Positions 47,097 through 54,266 of a stretch of 64,000 nucleotides of DNA are shown piece by piece. The position numbers and the translations under genes were made by a program. Origin of the DNA: Candidatus Galloscillospira stercoripullorum. Its GTDB lineage: Bacteria > Bacillota > Clostridia > Oscillospirales > Oscillospiraceae. The first letter of the stretch is position 1. The number at the start of each line of letters is the position of its first letter. Location: contig DVLB01000027.1 of the NCBI GenBank assembly GCA_018715695.1, forward strand, positions 6,728 to 70,727, written 5' to 3'. The notes beneath the pieces were generated by a model that searched no databases, was not told the DNA's origin, and saw only the letters and a list, made by a program, of their open reading frames with translations.

Positions 47097-48113
47097 TTAC
47101 AGCTCTCTCCCCACACACCCGGCCACCTGGGAGAGCTTGGGCATGAGGGCGGCGAAGTCGTAGGGGGTGATGGACTGGGCCCCGTCGCACAGGGCGTTTT
47201 TGGGGTCGTTGTGGACCTCGATGATGAGCCCGTCGGCCCCGGCGGCGATGGCCGCCATGCTCATCCGCTCCACCATGGCCGCCCGGCCGCAGGCGTGGGA
47301 CGGGTCCACCACCACCGGCAGGTGGGAGAGGGTCTTGACCGCCAGCACCGCCGAGAGGTCCAGGGTGTTGCGGGTGTAGGTCTCAAAGGTGCGGATGCCC
47401 CGCTCGCAGAGGATGACCTGGTCGTTGCCCGCGGCCATGATATATTCCGCCGACATGAGCCACTCCTCAATGGTGGAGGAGAGCCCCCGCTTGAGCAAAA
47501 TGGGCTTTTTCATCTTGCCCACCTTCTTGAGCAGGTCAAAGTTCTGCATGTTCCGCGCCCCGATCTGTACCAGGTCCACCTTCTCCTCAAAGAGGGGGAT
47601 CTGGTCGGGGCTCATAAGCTCGGTGACGATGGGAAGGCCGGTCTGCTCCTTGGCCTCCAGCAGCAGCTCGATGCCCTTCTCCCCCATGCCCTGGAAGGAG
47701 TAGGGGGAAGTGCGGGGCTTGTAGGCCCCGCCCCGCAGGGCGGCGGCCCCGCTCTCCTTCACGGCGCGGGCCACGGCGGTAATCTGGGTCTCGCTCTCCA
47801 CCGAGCAGGGGCCGGCGATGACGGTCAGCTTCTTTCCCCCCACCTTCACGCCGCCGCCGATGTCGATCACCGAGTCGTCGGGGTGATACTTGCGGTTGGC
47901 CTTCTTGTAGGGCTCGCTCACCCGCATGACCCGCTCCACGCCGGGCAGCTGGGAGAGCTTCTCCTCATCCAGCCCGCGGGCATCGCCCTCTGCGCCCAGG
48001 ATGGTGGTCTCGCTGCCCCGGGAGATCATCACCTTCACGCCGCCCTGCTCCATGCTCCGGACCGCTTCCTCCAACTCCCGCTGGGTAAAGCCCGGCTTCA
48101 TGATCACTACCAT
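47097..48113 (-). CDS. aroF: 3-deoxy-7-phosphoheptulonate (DAHP) synthase, type I-beta with an N-terminal regulatory domain
   Basis: GPCSVES motif, a KDO8P-synthase-like barrel and a ferredoxin-like N-terminal extension. Confidence 0.88.
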   Translation of the reverse strand: MVVIMKPGFTQRELEEAVRSMEQGGVKVMISRGSETTILGAEGDARGLDEEKLSQLPGVERVMRVSEPYKKANRKYHPDDSVIDIGGGVKVGGKKLTVIAGPCSVESETQITAVARAVKESGAAALRGGAYKPRTSPYSFQGMGEKGIELLLEAKEQTGLPIVTELMSPDQIPLFEEKVDLVQIGARNMQNFDLLKKVGKMKKPILLKRGLSSTIEEWLMSAEYIMAAGNDQVILCERGIRTFETYTRNTLDLSAVLAVKTLSHLPVVVDPSHACGRAAMVERMSMAAIAAGADGLIIEVHNDPKNALCDGAQSITPYDFAALMPKLSQVAGCVGREL

Positions 48114-48135
48114 TTATCTCTCTCCTTTCTTTCAG

Positions 48136-48174
48136 AAAAACAAAAACTGCGGCGAGCCCATCGCTCCGCCGCAG
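48136..48174 (-). terminator. Intrinsic terminator inside the aroF 5' leader (attenuator)
   Basis: On the minus strand, CTGCGGCGGAGC-GATGG-GCTCGCCGCAG is followed by TTTTTGTTTTT. It lies about 20 nt before the aroF RBS. Confidence 0.7.
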
Positions 48175-48334
48175 CCAGGTCGTCTTCCCCCGGGGAAGTC
48201 CTCCGTCTGTGTGGTGCCGGTCATGGGCAGGACAAAATGCCGCTATCGTAATAGCGGTAATACCCGTATCCACGACCCATGGCAGAGTTCACGGATGACC
48301 TCCCCTTTCTCTGTGTCTGAGATGACTTTAGCAC

Positions 48335-48363
48335 TTTTTGGTGCTAAAGTCAAGAAAAAATTT
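48335..48363 (-). promoter_or_regulatory. Promoter of the aroF leader embedded in an 11-bp perfect inverted repeat
   Basis: On the minus strand, TTGACT, a 17-nt spacer, then TAAAGT. The palindrome GACTTTAGCAC-N6-GTGCTAAAGTC spans 48334-48361. Confidence 0.55.
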
Positions 48364-48378
48364 TGTCCTTGAATTCCT

Positions 48379-48407
48379 AGTAAAATAGTTGTATTATGGT
48401 GCATGAC
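48379..48407 (+). promoter_or_regulatory. Candidate promoter of the Rrf2 regulator gene
   Basis: TTGAAT, a 17-nt spacer, then TATTAT. Confidence 0.5.
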
Positions 48408-48441
48408 CGGATACCGGGAATCCAAGGACAAGGTGATGGAC

Positions 48442-48864
48442 ATGAAAATTTCCACCAAGGGGCGTTATGCCCTGCGGCTGATGCTGGATCTGGCCCTCCA
48501 CAGCGGTGGGAGCGCCGTCTCCCTGCGGGACGCGGCGGCGCGGCAGGAGATCTCGGACAAATATCTTGAGCAGATCGTCACGCAGCTCTCCCGGGGTGGA
48601 CTGGTAAAGAGCGTCCGGGGGGCCGGGGGCGGGTATCTGCTCACCCGGAAGCCGGAGGAGTACACCGTGGGGGAGATCCTGCGGCAGCTGGAGGGAGAGC
48701 TCTCTCCGGTGAGCTGCCTGGCGGGCGGATGTCGGTGCAGCCGGGCCGACCAGTGCGTGACCATTGAGGTCTGGCAGGAGATTCAGGCGGCGGTGGATGG
48801 GGTGGTGGACCGCATCACCCTCCGTGACCTGGTGGACCGCTACCACGCAAAAAATCCAGAGTGA
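48442..48864 (+). CDS. Rrf2-family transcriptional regulator (CymR/IscR-like)
   Basis: MKISTKGRYALRLMLDLAL is the Rrf2 N-terminus and three Cys residues sit in the C-terminal half. It is convergent with cysK. Confidence 0.88.
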   Translation: MKISTKGRYALRLMLDLALHSGGSAVSLRDAAARQEISDKYLEQIVTQLSRGGLVKSVRGAGGGYLLTRKPEEYTVGEILRQLEGELSPVSCLAGGCRCSRADQCVTIEVWQEIQAAVDGVVDRITLRDLVDRYHAKNPE

Positions 48865-48902
48865 AAAAAGCGTGCCGGGAGAGGCTCTCTCCCGGCACGC
48901 TT

Positions 48903-49820
48903 TTATTCCCGGAACAGCCCGGTGGAGAGGTATCGCTCCCCGGTGTCGGGCAGGATGGCCACGATGGTCTTGCCCCGCAGGTCGCTCCGCCGGGCCAAGG
49001 CTAGCGCGGCGGCGGCGGCGGCTCCGGAGGACACCCCGGCCAGAACCCCCTCGGTCCGGGCCAGGCACCGGGCGCTGCTGGCGGCCTCTTCCCCGGTGAC
49101 GGTGACCACCTGGTCCACCACGCTCATGTCCAGGGTGCCCGGCACGAAACCGGCTCCGATGCCCTGGATGGTGTGAGGTCCCGGCTTGCCTCCGGAGAGC
49201 ACCTGGGACTCCGCCGGCTCCACCGCCACCACCCGGACGGCGGGATTTTGCTCCTTGAGGTACCGGCCCGCCCCGGTGATGGTACCCCCGGAGCCCACTC
49301 CGGCTACCAGCACGTCCACCGTGCCGTCGGTAGCGCGCCAGATCTCCGGGCCGGTGGTCTCATAATGGGCCTGGTCGTTGGCGGCGTTGTTGAACTGGTC
49401 GGGCATCCAGGCCCCGGGCAGCTGCCGGAGCAGCTCTTGGGCGCGGGCAATGGCCCCGGCCATCCCCTCCCCAGCGGGCGTGAGCACCAGCTCCGAGCCC
49501 AGCGCGGAGAGCAGGGCGCGCCGCTCGGCGCTCATAGTCTCGGGCATGGTGAGGATGACCCGGTAGCCCCGGATGGCGGCAATGTAGGCAAGGCCCACTC
49601 CGGTGTTGCCGCTGGTGGGCTCCACGATGACCCCGCCCTTCTTCAAAAGTCCCTTTGCCTCGGCATCCCGGATCATATAGAGCGCGGCCCGGTCCTTGGC
49701 CGAAGAGAGCGGATTGAAGCTCTCCAGCTTGCCCAGCACCCGCTCCCCGGGAGCAAATCGCTCCAGGGCCAAAAGAGGCGTATTTCCAATCAGTTCGGTC
49801 AAGTCGGCGGCGATCCTCAC
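48903..49820 (-). CDS. cysK: Cysteine synthase A (O-acetylserine sulfhydrylase)
   Basis: The PLP-lysine context (NPLSSAKDR) and GSGGTITG loop, in a protein of about 305 aa. Confidence 0.92.
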   Translation of the reverse strand: MRIAADLTELIGNTPLLALERFAPGERVLGKLESFNPLSSAKDRAALYMIRDAEAKGLLKKGGVIVEPTSGNTGVGLAYIAAIRGYRVILTMPETMSAERRALLSALGSELVLTPAGEGMAGAIARAQELLRQLPGAWMPDQFNNAANDQAHYETTGPEIWRATDGTVDVLVAGVGSGGTITGAGRYLKEQNPAVRVVAVEPAESQVLSGGKPGPHTIQGIGAGFVPGTLDMSVVDQVVTVTGEEAASSARCLARTEGVLAGVSSGAAAAAALALARRSDLRGKTIVAILPDTGERYLSTGLFRE

Positions 49821-50000
49821 GGTTCTTCCTCCTCAGCGTGCATAGTGTCTTGCCCTTCCCGGCAACCTATGGACAGTGTATCGGCTCCGGCCGCCCTTGT
49901 CAAGGCGGCGGAACGGGGGCGCGATTTTGATTGACTTGCCCCAGCCCCGGTGATATAGTGAAAGTGGAACCATTTTATCCCTGGCAGGAGGAGCGTGACT

Positions 50001-51125
50001 ATGGACAGAAAACTTTTCCGCAGTATCCTGTGGATCATCACTTACGCCGTGCTGCTGGTGCTTTTCATCGTACAGTTTAACGAGCTGCGGGCTCTGGCGG
50101 GCACTGTACTGGGTATCTTTCAGCCGCTGTTCATCGGCTTTGCCATCGCCTTCGTCCTCAACCGCCCCTGCCACATGCTGGCAGTGCTCTATGACCGGGC
50201 ATTGGGAAACACCCGGGCCAAAAAGCTCTCCCGCCCCCTGGCGGTGGGCACCTCCTACCTGATCCTGCTGGTGCTGATCGTGGCCTTCTTCGCCATTGTC
50301 CTGCCCAAGCTGGTGGAGAGCATCACCCTTTTCGTCAACAGCATCAACGGGTACCTTGCCAACCTCCAGACCTGGCTCACCCCCCTGCTGGATCTGCTCA
50401 ATCTGGAGTCCTTCAACCTCTCCAATCTCTCCGAGTGGATTCGTACCGCCCTCAACGGCGTGCTCAACACCCTGACCACCGCGGTACCCCAGATCATCAG
50501 CACCGCCATGGCCGTGGTGTCCATCGTGGTTACCGCTTTCCTGTCCATCATCTTCTCCATCTATATGCTCTCGGGCAAGGAAAAGCTTCTCTCTCAGTGC
50601 AGGCGGGTCCTTCTGGCCTATGTGCCCAAGCGGGTCAACAGCGTGGTCCTGGAGGTGCTCCGCCTCACCGCCGATACCTTCACCGCCTTTGTCACCGGCC
50701 AGCTTTTGGAGGCCTGCATCCTGGGTGGCCTTACCACCGTGGGCATGCTCTTCATTCAGGCCGACTATGCCCCCCTGGTGGGTATCATCGTGGGGGTCAC
50801 CGCTCTGGTGCCTATGATCGGCGCCTTTGTGGGCGGCGCCCTGTCCGCCATTCTGCTGCTCATGGTCTCCCCTATCAAGGCCCTTATCTTCCTCATCTTC
50901 ATTCTCTGCCTCCAGCAATTTGAGGGCAATGTCATTTACCCCAAGGTAGTGGGCTCCTCCATCGGCCTGCCCGCCATCTGGGTGCTCACCGCCGTCACCG
51001 TGGGCGGCGGACTGCTGGACTTTGTGGGCATCCTCATCAGCGTGCCCATCGCCTCGGTGTTCTATACTCTCCTGCGCCGGGACGTCCACAAGCGCCTGGG
51101 AGAGCCCGCCCCCAAGGAGGACTGA
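50001..51125 (+). CDS. AI-2E-family (PerM/YtvI-like) transporter
   Basis: AGGAGGAG lies 7 nt before the ATG at 50001. It has 8 TM segments and an LQQFEGNVIYPKVVG motif. Confidence 0.85.
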   Translation: MDRKLFRSILWIITYAVLLVLFIVQFNELRALAGTVLGIFQPLFIGFAIAFVLNRPCHMLAVLYDRALGNTRAKKLSRPLAVGTSYLILLVLIVAFFAIVLPKLVESITLFVNSINGYLANLQTWLTPLLDLLNLESFNLSNLSEWIRTALNGVLNTLTTAVPQIISTAMAVVSIVVTAFLSIIFSIYMLSGKEKLLSQCRRVLLAYVPKRVNSVVLEVLRLTADTFTAFVTGQLLEACILGGLTTVGMLFIQADYAPLVGIIVGVTALVPMIGAFVGGALSAILLLMVSPIKALIFLIFILCLQQFEGNVIYPKVVGSSIGLPAIWVLTAVTVGGGLLDFVGILISVPIASVFYTLLRRDVHKRLGEPAPKED

Positions 51126-51149
51126 CTCCCCATTTCCCCTCTGAATATC

Positions 51150-51190
51150 AAAGGGCCCGCCGTCTGTTTTGACGGCGGGCCCTTTTCTGT
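51150..51190. terminator. Bidirectional terminator
   Basis: AAAGGGCCCGCCGTC-TGTTTT-GACGGCGGGCCCTTTT. Confidence 0.8.
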
Positions 51191-51215
51191 CTTTCGGTTT
51201 CTCTCAGGCGCAGTC

Positions 51216-51785
51216 TTACCGCATCTGAGCATCCCAGCGCTCCATCGCCTGGCGGAGGATACCCTCCACATCAGCACCCCACACATCCAGTCCCTCTGCC
51301 TGGAGGCACTGGACCTGGGGAATGTGGAAAAACGTATCCGCCAGGGCCTTTATATAGTCATAGCCCAGGTTCTGCCCGCCCATGGGTCCGCCTGAGGTGG
51401 TGACGTAAATCAGCCGCCGCGCCCGGCACAGACCCGCAGGCACACCCTGGTCGTTATAGTGGAAGGTCACCCCGGTCACCGACACCCGCTCCAGATAGGC
51501 CCGCAGGACGGCGGGAAAGGACAGGTCCCAACAGGGGGCGGCGATGAGGATCTGATCCGCCCGGGCAAATTGCCGGGCATAGTCCAGCAGGGGGTCGTCC
51601 AGCGCCCCCGCCTTCACCAGTCGCTCCCGCCGCTCGGCCTCCTCCGCGCTCAAAGGAAGGACCTGCCCCAGGCTCAGGTCCACCTCCTCCGTCCGGCCGC
51701 CCAGCCCCTCCAGTACATGCCGGGCCAGGCGCAGGGTGCGGGACTGGGGTCTGATACAGGCGTTGACAAAGAGAACCTCATCCAT
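51216..51785 (-). CDS. Flavodoxin-fold NAD(P)H-dependent oxidoreductase (azoreductase/ACP-phosphodiesterase-like)
   Basis: Start reassigned to MDEVLFVNAC (ATG at 51785, RBS AGGAAGGAG). It has the pattern of the FMN_red/Flavodoxin_2 family. Confidence 0.75.
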   Translation of the reverse strand: MDEVLFVNACIRPQSRTLRLARHVLEGLGGRTEEVDLSLGQVLPLSAEEAERRERLVKAGALDDPLLDYARQFARADQILIAAPCWDLSFPAVLRAYLERVSVTGVTFHYNDQGVPAGLCRARRLIYVTTSGGPMGGQNLGYDYIKALADTFFHIPQVQCLQAEGLDVWGADVEGILRQAMERWDAQMR

Positions 51786-52014
51786 GGAACATGCTCCTTC
51801 CTGTTCTTCCGTCCTACTTCTAGGGTGGACGGGTATGGGCGGGACGGCTCTGCACGGCAGCTTTTCCTTCCCGGCCTGCTCTGTCCTTTCAGTATACATC
51901 CGATTCATCCGGCAGGACAACCCCATTTCCTCACCACCCGGCAAAGGAGGGATATACAAAAGCGGGGCCGCTGCGCTGGGCTCGCGCGGGGGCCCCAGGA
52001 GCTGGGCGAGGTAA

Positions 52015-52052
52015 AAGGGGCCGCTGCCTTTTGCCCGTGTCCCATAAGGAAA
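52015..52052. other. attL: host hairpin arm (52015-52028) joined to the left terminal repeat of the element
   Basis: AAGGGGCCGCTGCC is the exact reverse complement of 61206-61219. The following TTTTGCCCGTGTCCCATAAGGAAA is an imperfect inverted repeat of the right end. Confidence 0.75.
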
Positions 52053-52091
52053 CCCAAGGACAGGCAGACGGGCGAGTGGTAAATTGAACAG

Positions 52092-52129
52092 AACCGGGGA
52101 CCGGCAAGAAGCTGGTCCCCGGTTTTGTT
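52092..52129. terminator. Hairpin with flanking T tracts near the left end of the element
   Basis: AACCGGGGACC-N11-GGTCCCCGGTT followed by TTGTT on the plus strand. Confidence 0.55.
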
Positions 52130-52410
52130 ATGCTCTGGTCCCTGTGTCTATTGTGGTGTGGTAGCAGACAGACCGAGCAGTGCTGTCCCTCTCGGCCCTG
52201 CCTATCTCACGCCCCGCAGGGCGTCAGAGCGACAGCAATCCCCACGGGGACGAGGCCACAAGTTACCACCACCAACCGGCGGGGGATTGCGAAGGAGCGT
52301 ACCCACCTTATTCCCCGCCTTGCTTACGGCTCCGTCACTTGCCCGGCCTCCGCCCGTGGCGGGCCACCGGCTCCCAGCTTACCGGACAAGCCTCTCTCTG
52401 AACAACAAAA
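52130..52410. other. G+C-rich, stem-dense non-coding block inside the element (candidate structured RNA or single-strand origin)
   Basis: No plausible CDS is present. All three forward frames are open across 52180-52401 but their translations are not protein-like. Stems: 52209-14/52219-24, 52235-43/52282-90 (9 bp), 52294-301/52325-33 and 52350-54/52358-62. Hairpins bracket the block on both sides. Confidence 0.5.
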
Positions 52411-52414
52411 AGCT

Positions 52415-52449
52415 CGGAACACTTGTACGCTCAAGTGTCCGGGCTTTTT
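52415..52449. terminator. Bidirectional terminator downstream of the XRE gene
   Basis: CGGAACACTTG-TACGCT-CAAGTGTCCG with AAAAAGC on the left and GGCTTTTT on the right. Confidence 0.7.
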
Positions 52450-52759
52450 ATGTCTTTTCATTCATGGCTTTCATAATTTCTAATACTGCCATTTTTTGCC
52501 GAGACGTTAGATTTGCCCATTGACGGAATACTGCATCCAGTTCCGGGGTCAGCTCCACCATTTCCCCCTCTGCAAAGAACTGTGAAAGTGTTATTCCAAA
52601 CCCTTTGCAAATTGCTTCTAAAGTGGAGACCGAAGGAATGGTATTGCGCTTATAGATATTTGCTATTGTGGCATGGGACAAGTTGCTGTTTTTTGCCAGA
52701 CGATAGGTTGTCCATCCTTGACTTTCCAACAGCTGGTGTAGCCTTTCCAGAACATCCAT
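52448..52759 (-). CDS. XRE-family helix-turn-helix transcriptional regulator (element repressor candidate)
   Basis: WTTYRLAKNSNLSHATIANIYKRNTIPSVSTLEAICKGFGITLSQFF is a classic XRE HTH. It is divergent from the cargo operon. Confidence 0.88.
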   Translation of the reverse strand: MDVLERLHQLLESQGWTTYRLAKNSNLSHATIANIYKRNTIPSVSTLEAICKGFGITLSQFFAEGEMVELTPELDAVFRQWANLTSRQKMAVLEIMKAMNEKT

Positions 52760-52905
52760 ACTTTCAACACCATCCTTTTGTAGCTATTTTATCGTTAAGC
52801 TTGATGGTATTATATGAAAGTATTGTAACTATATTATTGTTATGTTAGAATATAATTCGAGCAGCACAGCGAGAGTGCGAATGAAAGCTTGAAAGGACTG
52901 ATATT
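52760..52905. promoter_or_regulatory. A+T-rich divergent promoter/operator region
   Basis: Plus strand: TTGTAA, a 17-nt spacer, then TAGAAT at about 52823-52851. ATTGTWA half-sites are repeated (ATTGTAAC, ATTGTTAT). Confidence 0.5.
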
Positions 52906-53505
52906 ATGAGTAACCAAAGCGGCGGCTGGGATACCGCCATTGAGACCCAGAACTACACCCCCAGCGGAGGGGCGGCCCCGCAAAAGGGCGCAAGTATCTT
53001 GGTTGACCAGAGCGAGAGCATTGTGTCCACCATCGGCAGCAACTATTTGCAAAATTTCCTTTCCGGCGGCACGGTGTCGAAGGGCGTAGGCGTCCTGACC
53101 CAGAGGCGATTTTACTACAAGGGCAGGAATTTCAGCGGTTCGGGTAAAGATATGAAAGTAACCACTGAGGAAGGGGTCGTATCTATTGAGGATATTACCT
53201 TCAGCAATTTTTCTTACACAAGAAACATTGGTGCCTTGGTTGTAGGCTTACTGCTGGCTGTTGTAGGTGCTTTTTGTACTCTTTTTTTAGGCGGCTACGG
53301 CAGCATCGGCGGACTTGGACTGTTAGGAGTTGCTGCTTTCCTGTTGGTCAATTTTTTTGTCAGTCGAAAATCTCTTTTTATCGTTTCCTTCCCCGGCGGC
53401 AGTTTTGGTTTTGACATTCGTTATTACCCCATTTCCGACATTCGGGACTTCCAGCGGCAGCTTCACCTATTAAAAGACCACCGCAAGGAGGACGGGAACC
53501 TATGA
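52906..53505 (+). CDS. Membrane protein, paralog 1 (PH-like beta domain interrupted by a TM hairpin)
   Basis: GVLTQRRFYYKGR...EDITF, then two TM helices, then LFIVSFPGGSFGFDIRYYPISDIRDFQRQLHLL. A purine-rich stretch (AAAGGA) lies 8 nt upstream of the ATG. Confidence 0.75.
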   Translation: MSNQSGGWDTAIETQNYTPSGGAAPQKGASILVDQSESIVSTIGSNYLQNFLSGGTVSKGVGVLTQRRFYYKGRNFSGSGKDMKVTTEEGVVSIEDITFSNFSYTRNIGALVVGLLLAVVGAFCTLFLGGYGSIGGLGLLGVAAFLLVNFFVSRKSLFIVSFPGGSFGFDIRYYPISDIRDFQRQLHLLKDHRKEDGNL

Positions 53506-54266
53506 GGGAACAGTACCCCTTTTTCCGGGAGGAGGACGAGCGCACCCGGGCGGTCATCGGCGCGGACGCTGCGGAAGCGGATCTGGGCGGAGAATATCAA
53601 AAACCCTACGCTATTCTTACCCAGAAGCGGCTCTACTGTAAGAACGAAGCAGGAAATTTTATTACACAGTCTGCTGACCTGCGGGGAGTGGGCAAAAGTT
53701 TTCCACCTGAGCTAACACAATGGTTTTGGGCAGAAGTAGTTTGTATGGTATTGCTCGTTTGTATGGTCATCTTCTATCATTTTGCTCCGTGGGGGCATAA
53801 CAATTTGAATGATTATTATAGTGCAGTCGGCTCTCTCGCTCAAATGCCTGCATCTGCTTATTTTGACCTGCTTGTGTCTGTTCTTTTGTGCCTCGAATGT
53901 GTTATCGCCTATATATTTATTTTTCAGAAAAGTTTTACAGCAGCTCATCGGCTGGTGTCGGTAGCTATAATAACAGCTCTGGCGTATAGCATTTTTTTAT
54001 GCAGTAAAAGACTTCTTGACCATTCCCTTACTGGTTGGATAGGGGTTAGTTTTGATGATGTTTTTTTACCGCTTATGTCCCTCGTAGCGATTATATCTTT
54101 TGTGTTGTCTGTTATAAATAGTTGGCATAGCAAAAGAAATGTTACCTTTCAAATTACCCACAACGCCGGCGCCTTTTCCTTTAACCCCAGACTGTATTCC
54201 TCTGCCGAGCTGAAACACTTTGCAGCCCAGGTTAAGACCCTAAAAGCAGGTGACGCAAATGGGTAA
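53502..54266 (+). CDS. Membrane protein, paralog 2 (same split architecture, larger TM block)
   Basis: ATGA overlap with paralog 1. YAILTQKRLYCKNEAG, then about 5 TM helices, then VTFQITHNAGAFSFNPRLYSSAELKHFAAQVKTL. Confidence 0.75.
   Translation: MREQYPFFREEDERTRAVIGADAAEADLGGEYQKPYAILTQKRLYCKNEAGNFITQSADLRGVGKSFPPELTQWFWAEVVCMVLLVCMVIFYHFAPWGHNNLNDYYSAVGSLAQMPASAYFDLLVSVLLCLECVIAYIFIFQKSFTAAHRLVSVAIITALAYSIFLCSKRLLDHSLTGWIGVSFDDVFLPLMSLVAIISFVLSVINSWHSKRNVTFQITHNAGAFSFNPRLYSSAELKHFAAQVKTLKAGDANG

Noticed and set aside
48114-48334. A T-box riboswitch upstream of aroF.
   Set aside because: The only T-box-like string (GTGGTGCCGG) is on the opposite strand, and no specifier-loop/AGAGA/T-box arrangement could be traced on the aroF strand. 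It is kept as an unclassified attenuator.
51786-52014. ORFs 51459..52082 and 51736..52014 in the region upstream of the oxidoreductase gene.
   Set aside because: They are antisense to, or overlap, the oxidoreductase gene and its leader. Their translations are not protein-like. The region is better explained as promoter/5' UTR plus the left arm of the split eno terminator.
52270-52335. Resemblance on the minus strand (GGGGAATAAGGTGGGTACGCTCC...CCCCCGCCGGTTGGTGGTGGTAAC) to cobalamin or FMN riboswitch cores.
   Set aside because: Only fragments match. The B12 box, the FMN 3' half (GCCGACAGT...AGTCTGGATGGGAGA) and the required order of elements are absent. The block also belongs to the mobile element, not to the leader of the downstream flavoprotein gene.
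52130-52410. tmRNA, RNase P RNA, SRP RNA or a tRNA as the integration target next to the element.
   Set aside because: Neither strand shows GAGGAAAGTCC (RNase P), a GGGG...TTCGA 5' end or a T-loop plus CCA 3' end (tmRNA/tRNA), or the GGAAGCAGC SRP motif. The real insertion site was found to be the eno terminator at 52028/61206, so this block lies inside the element.
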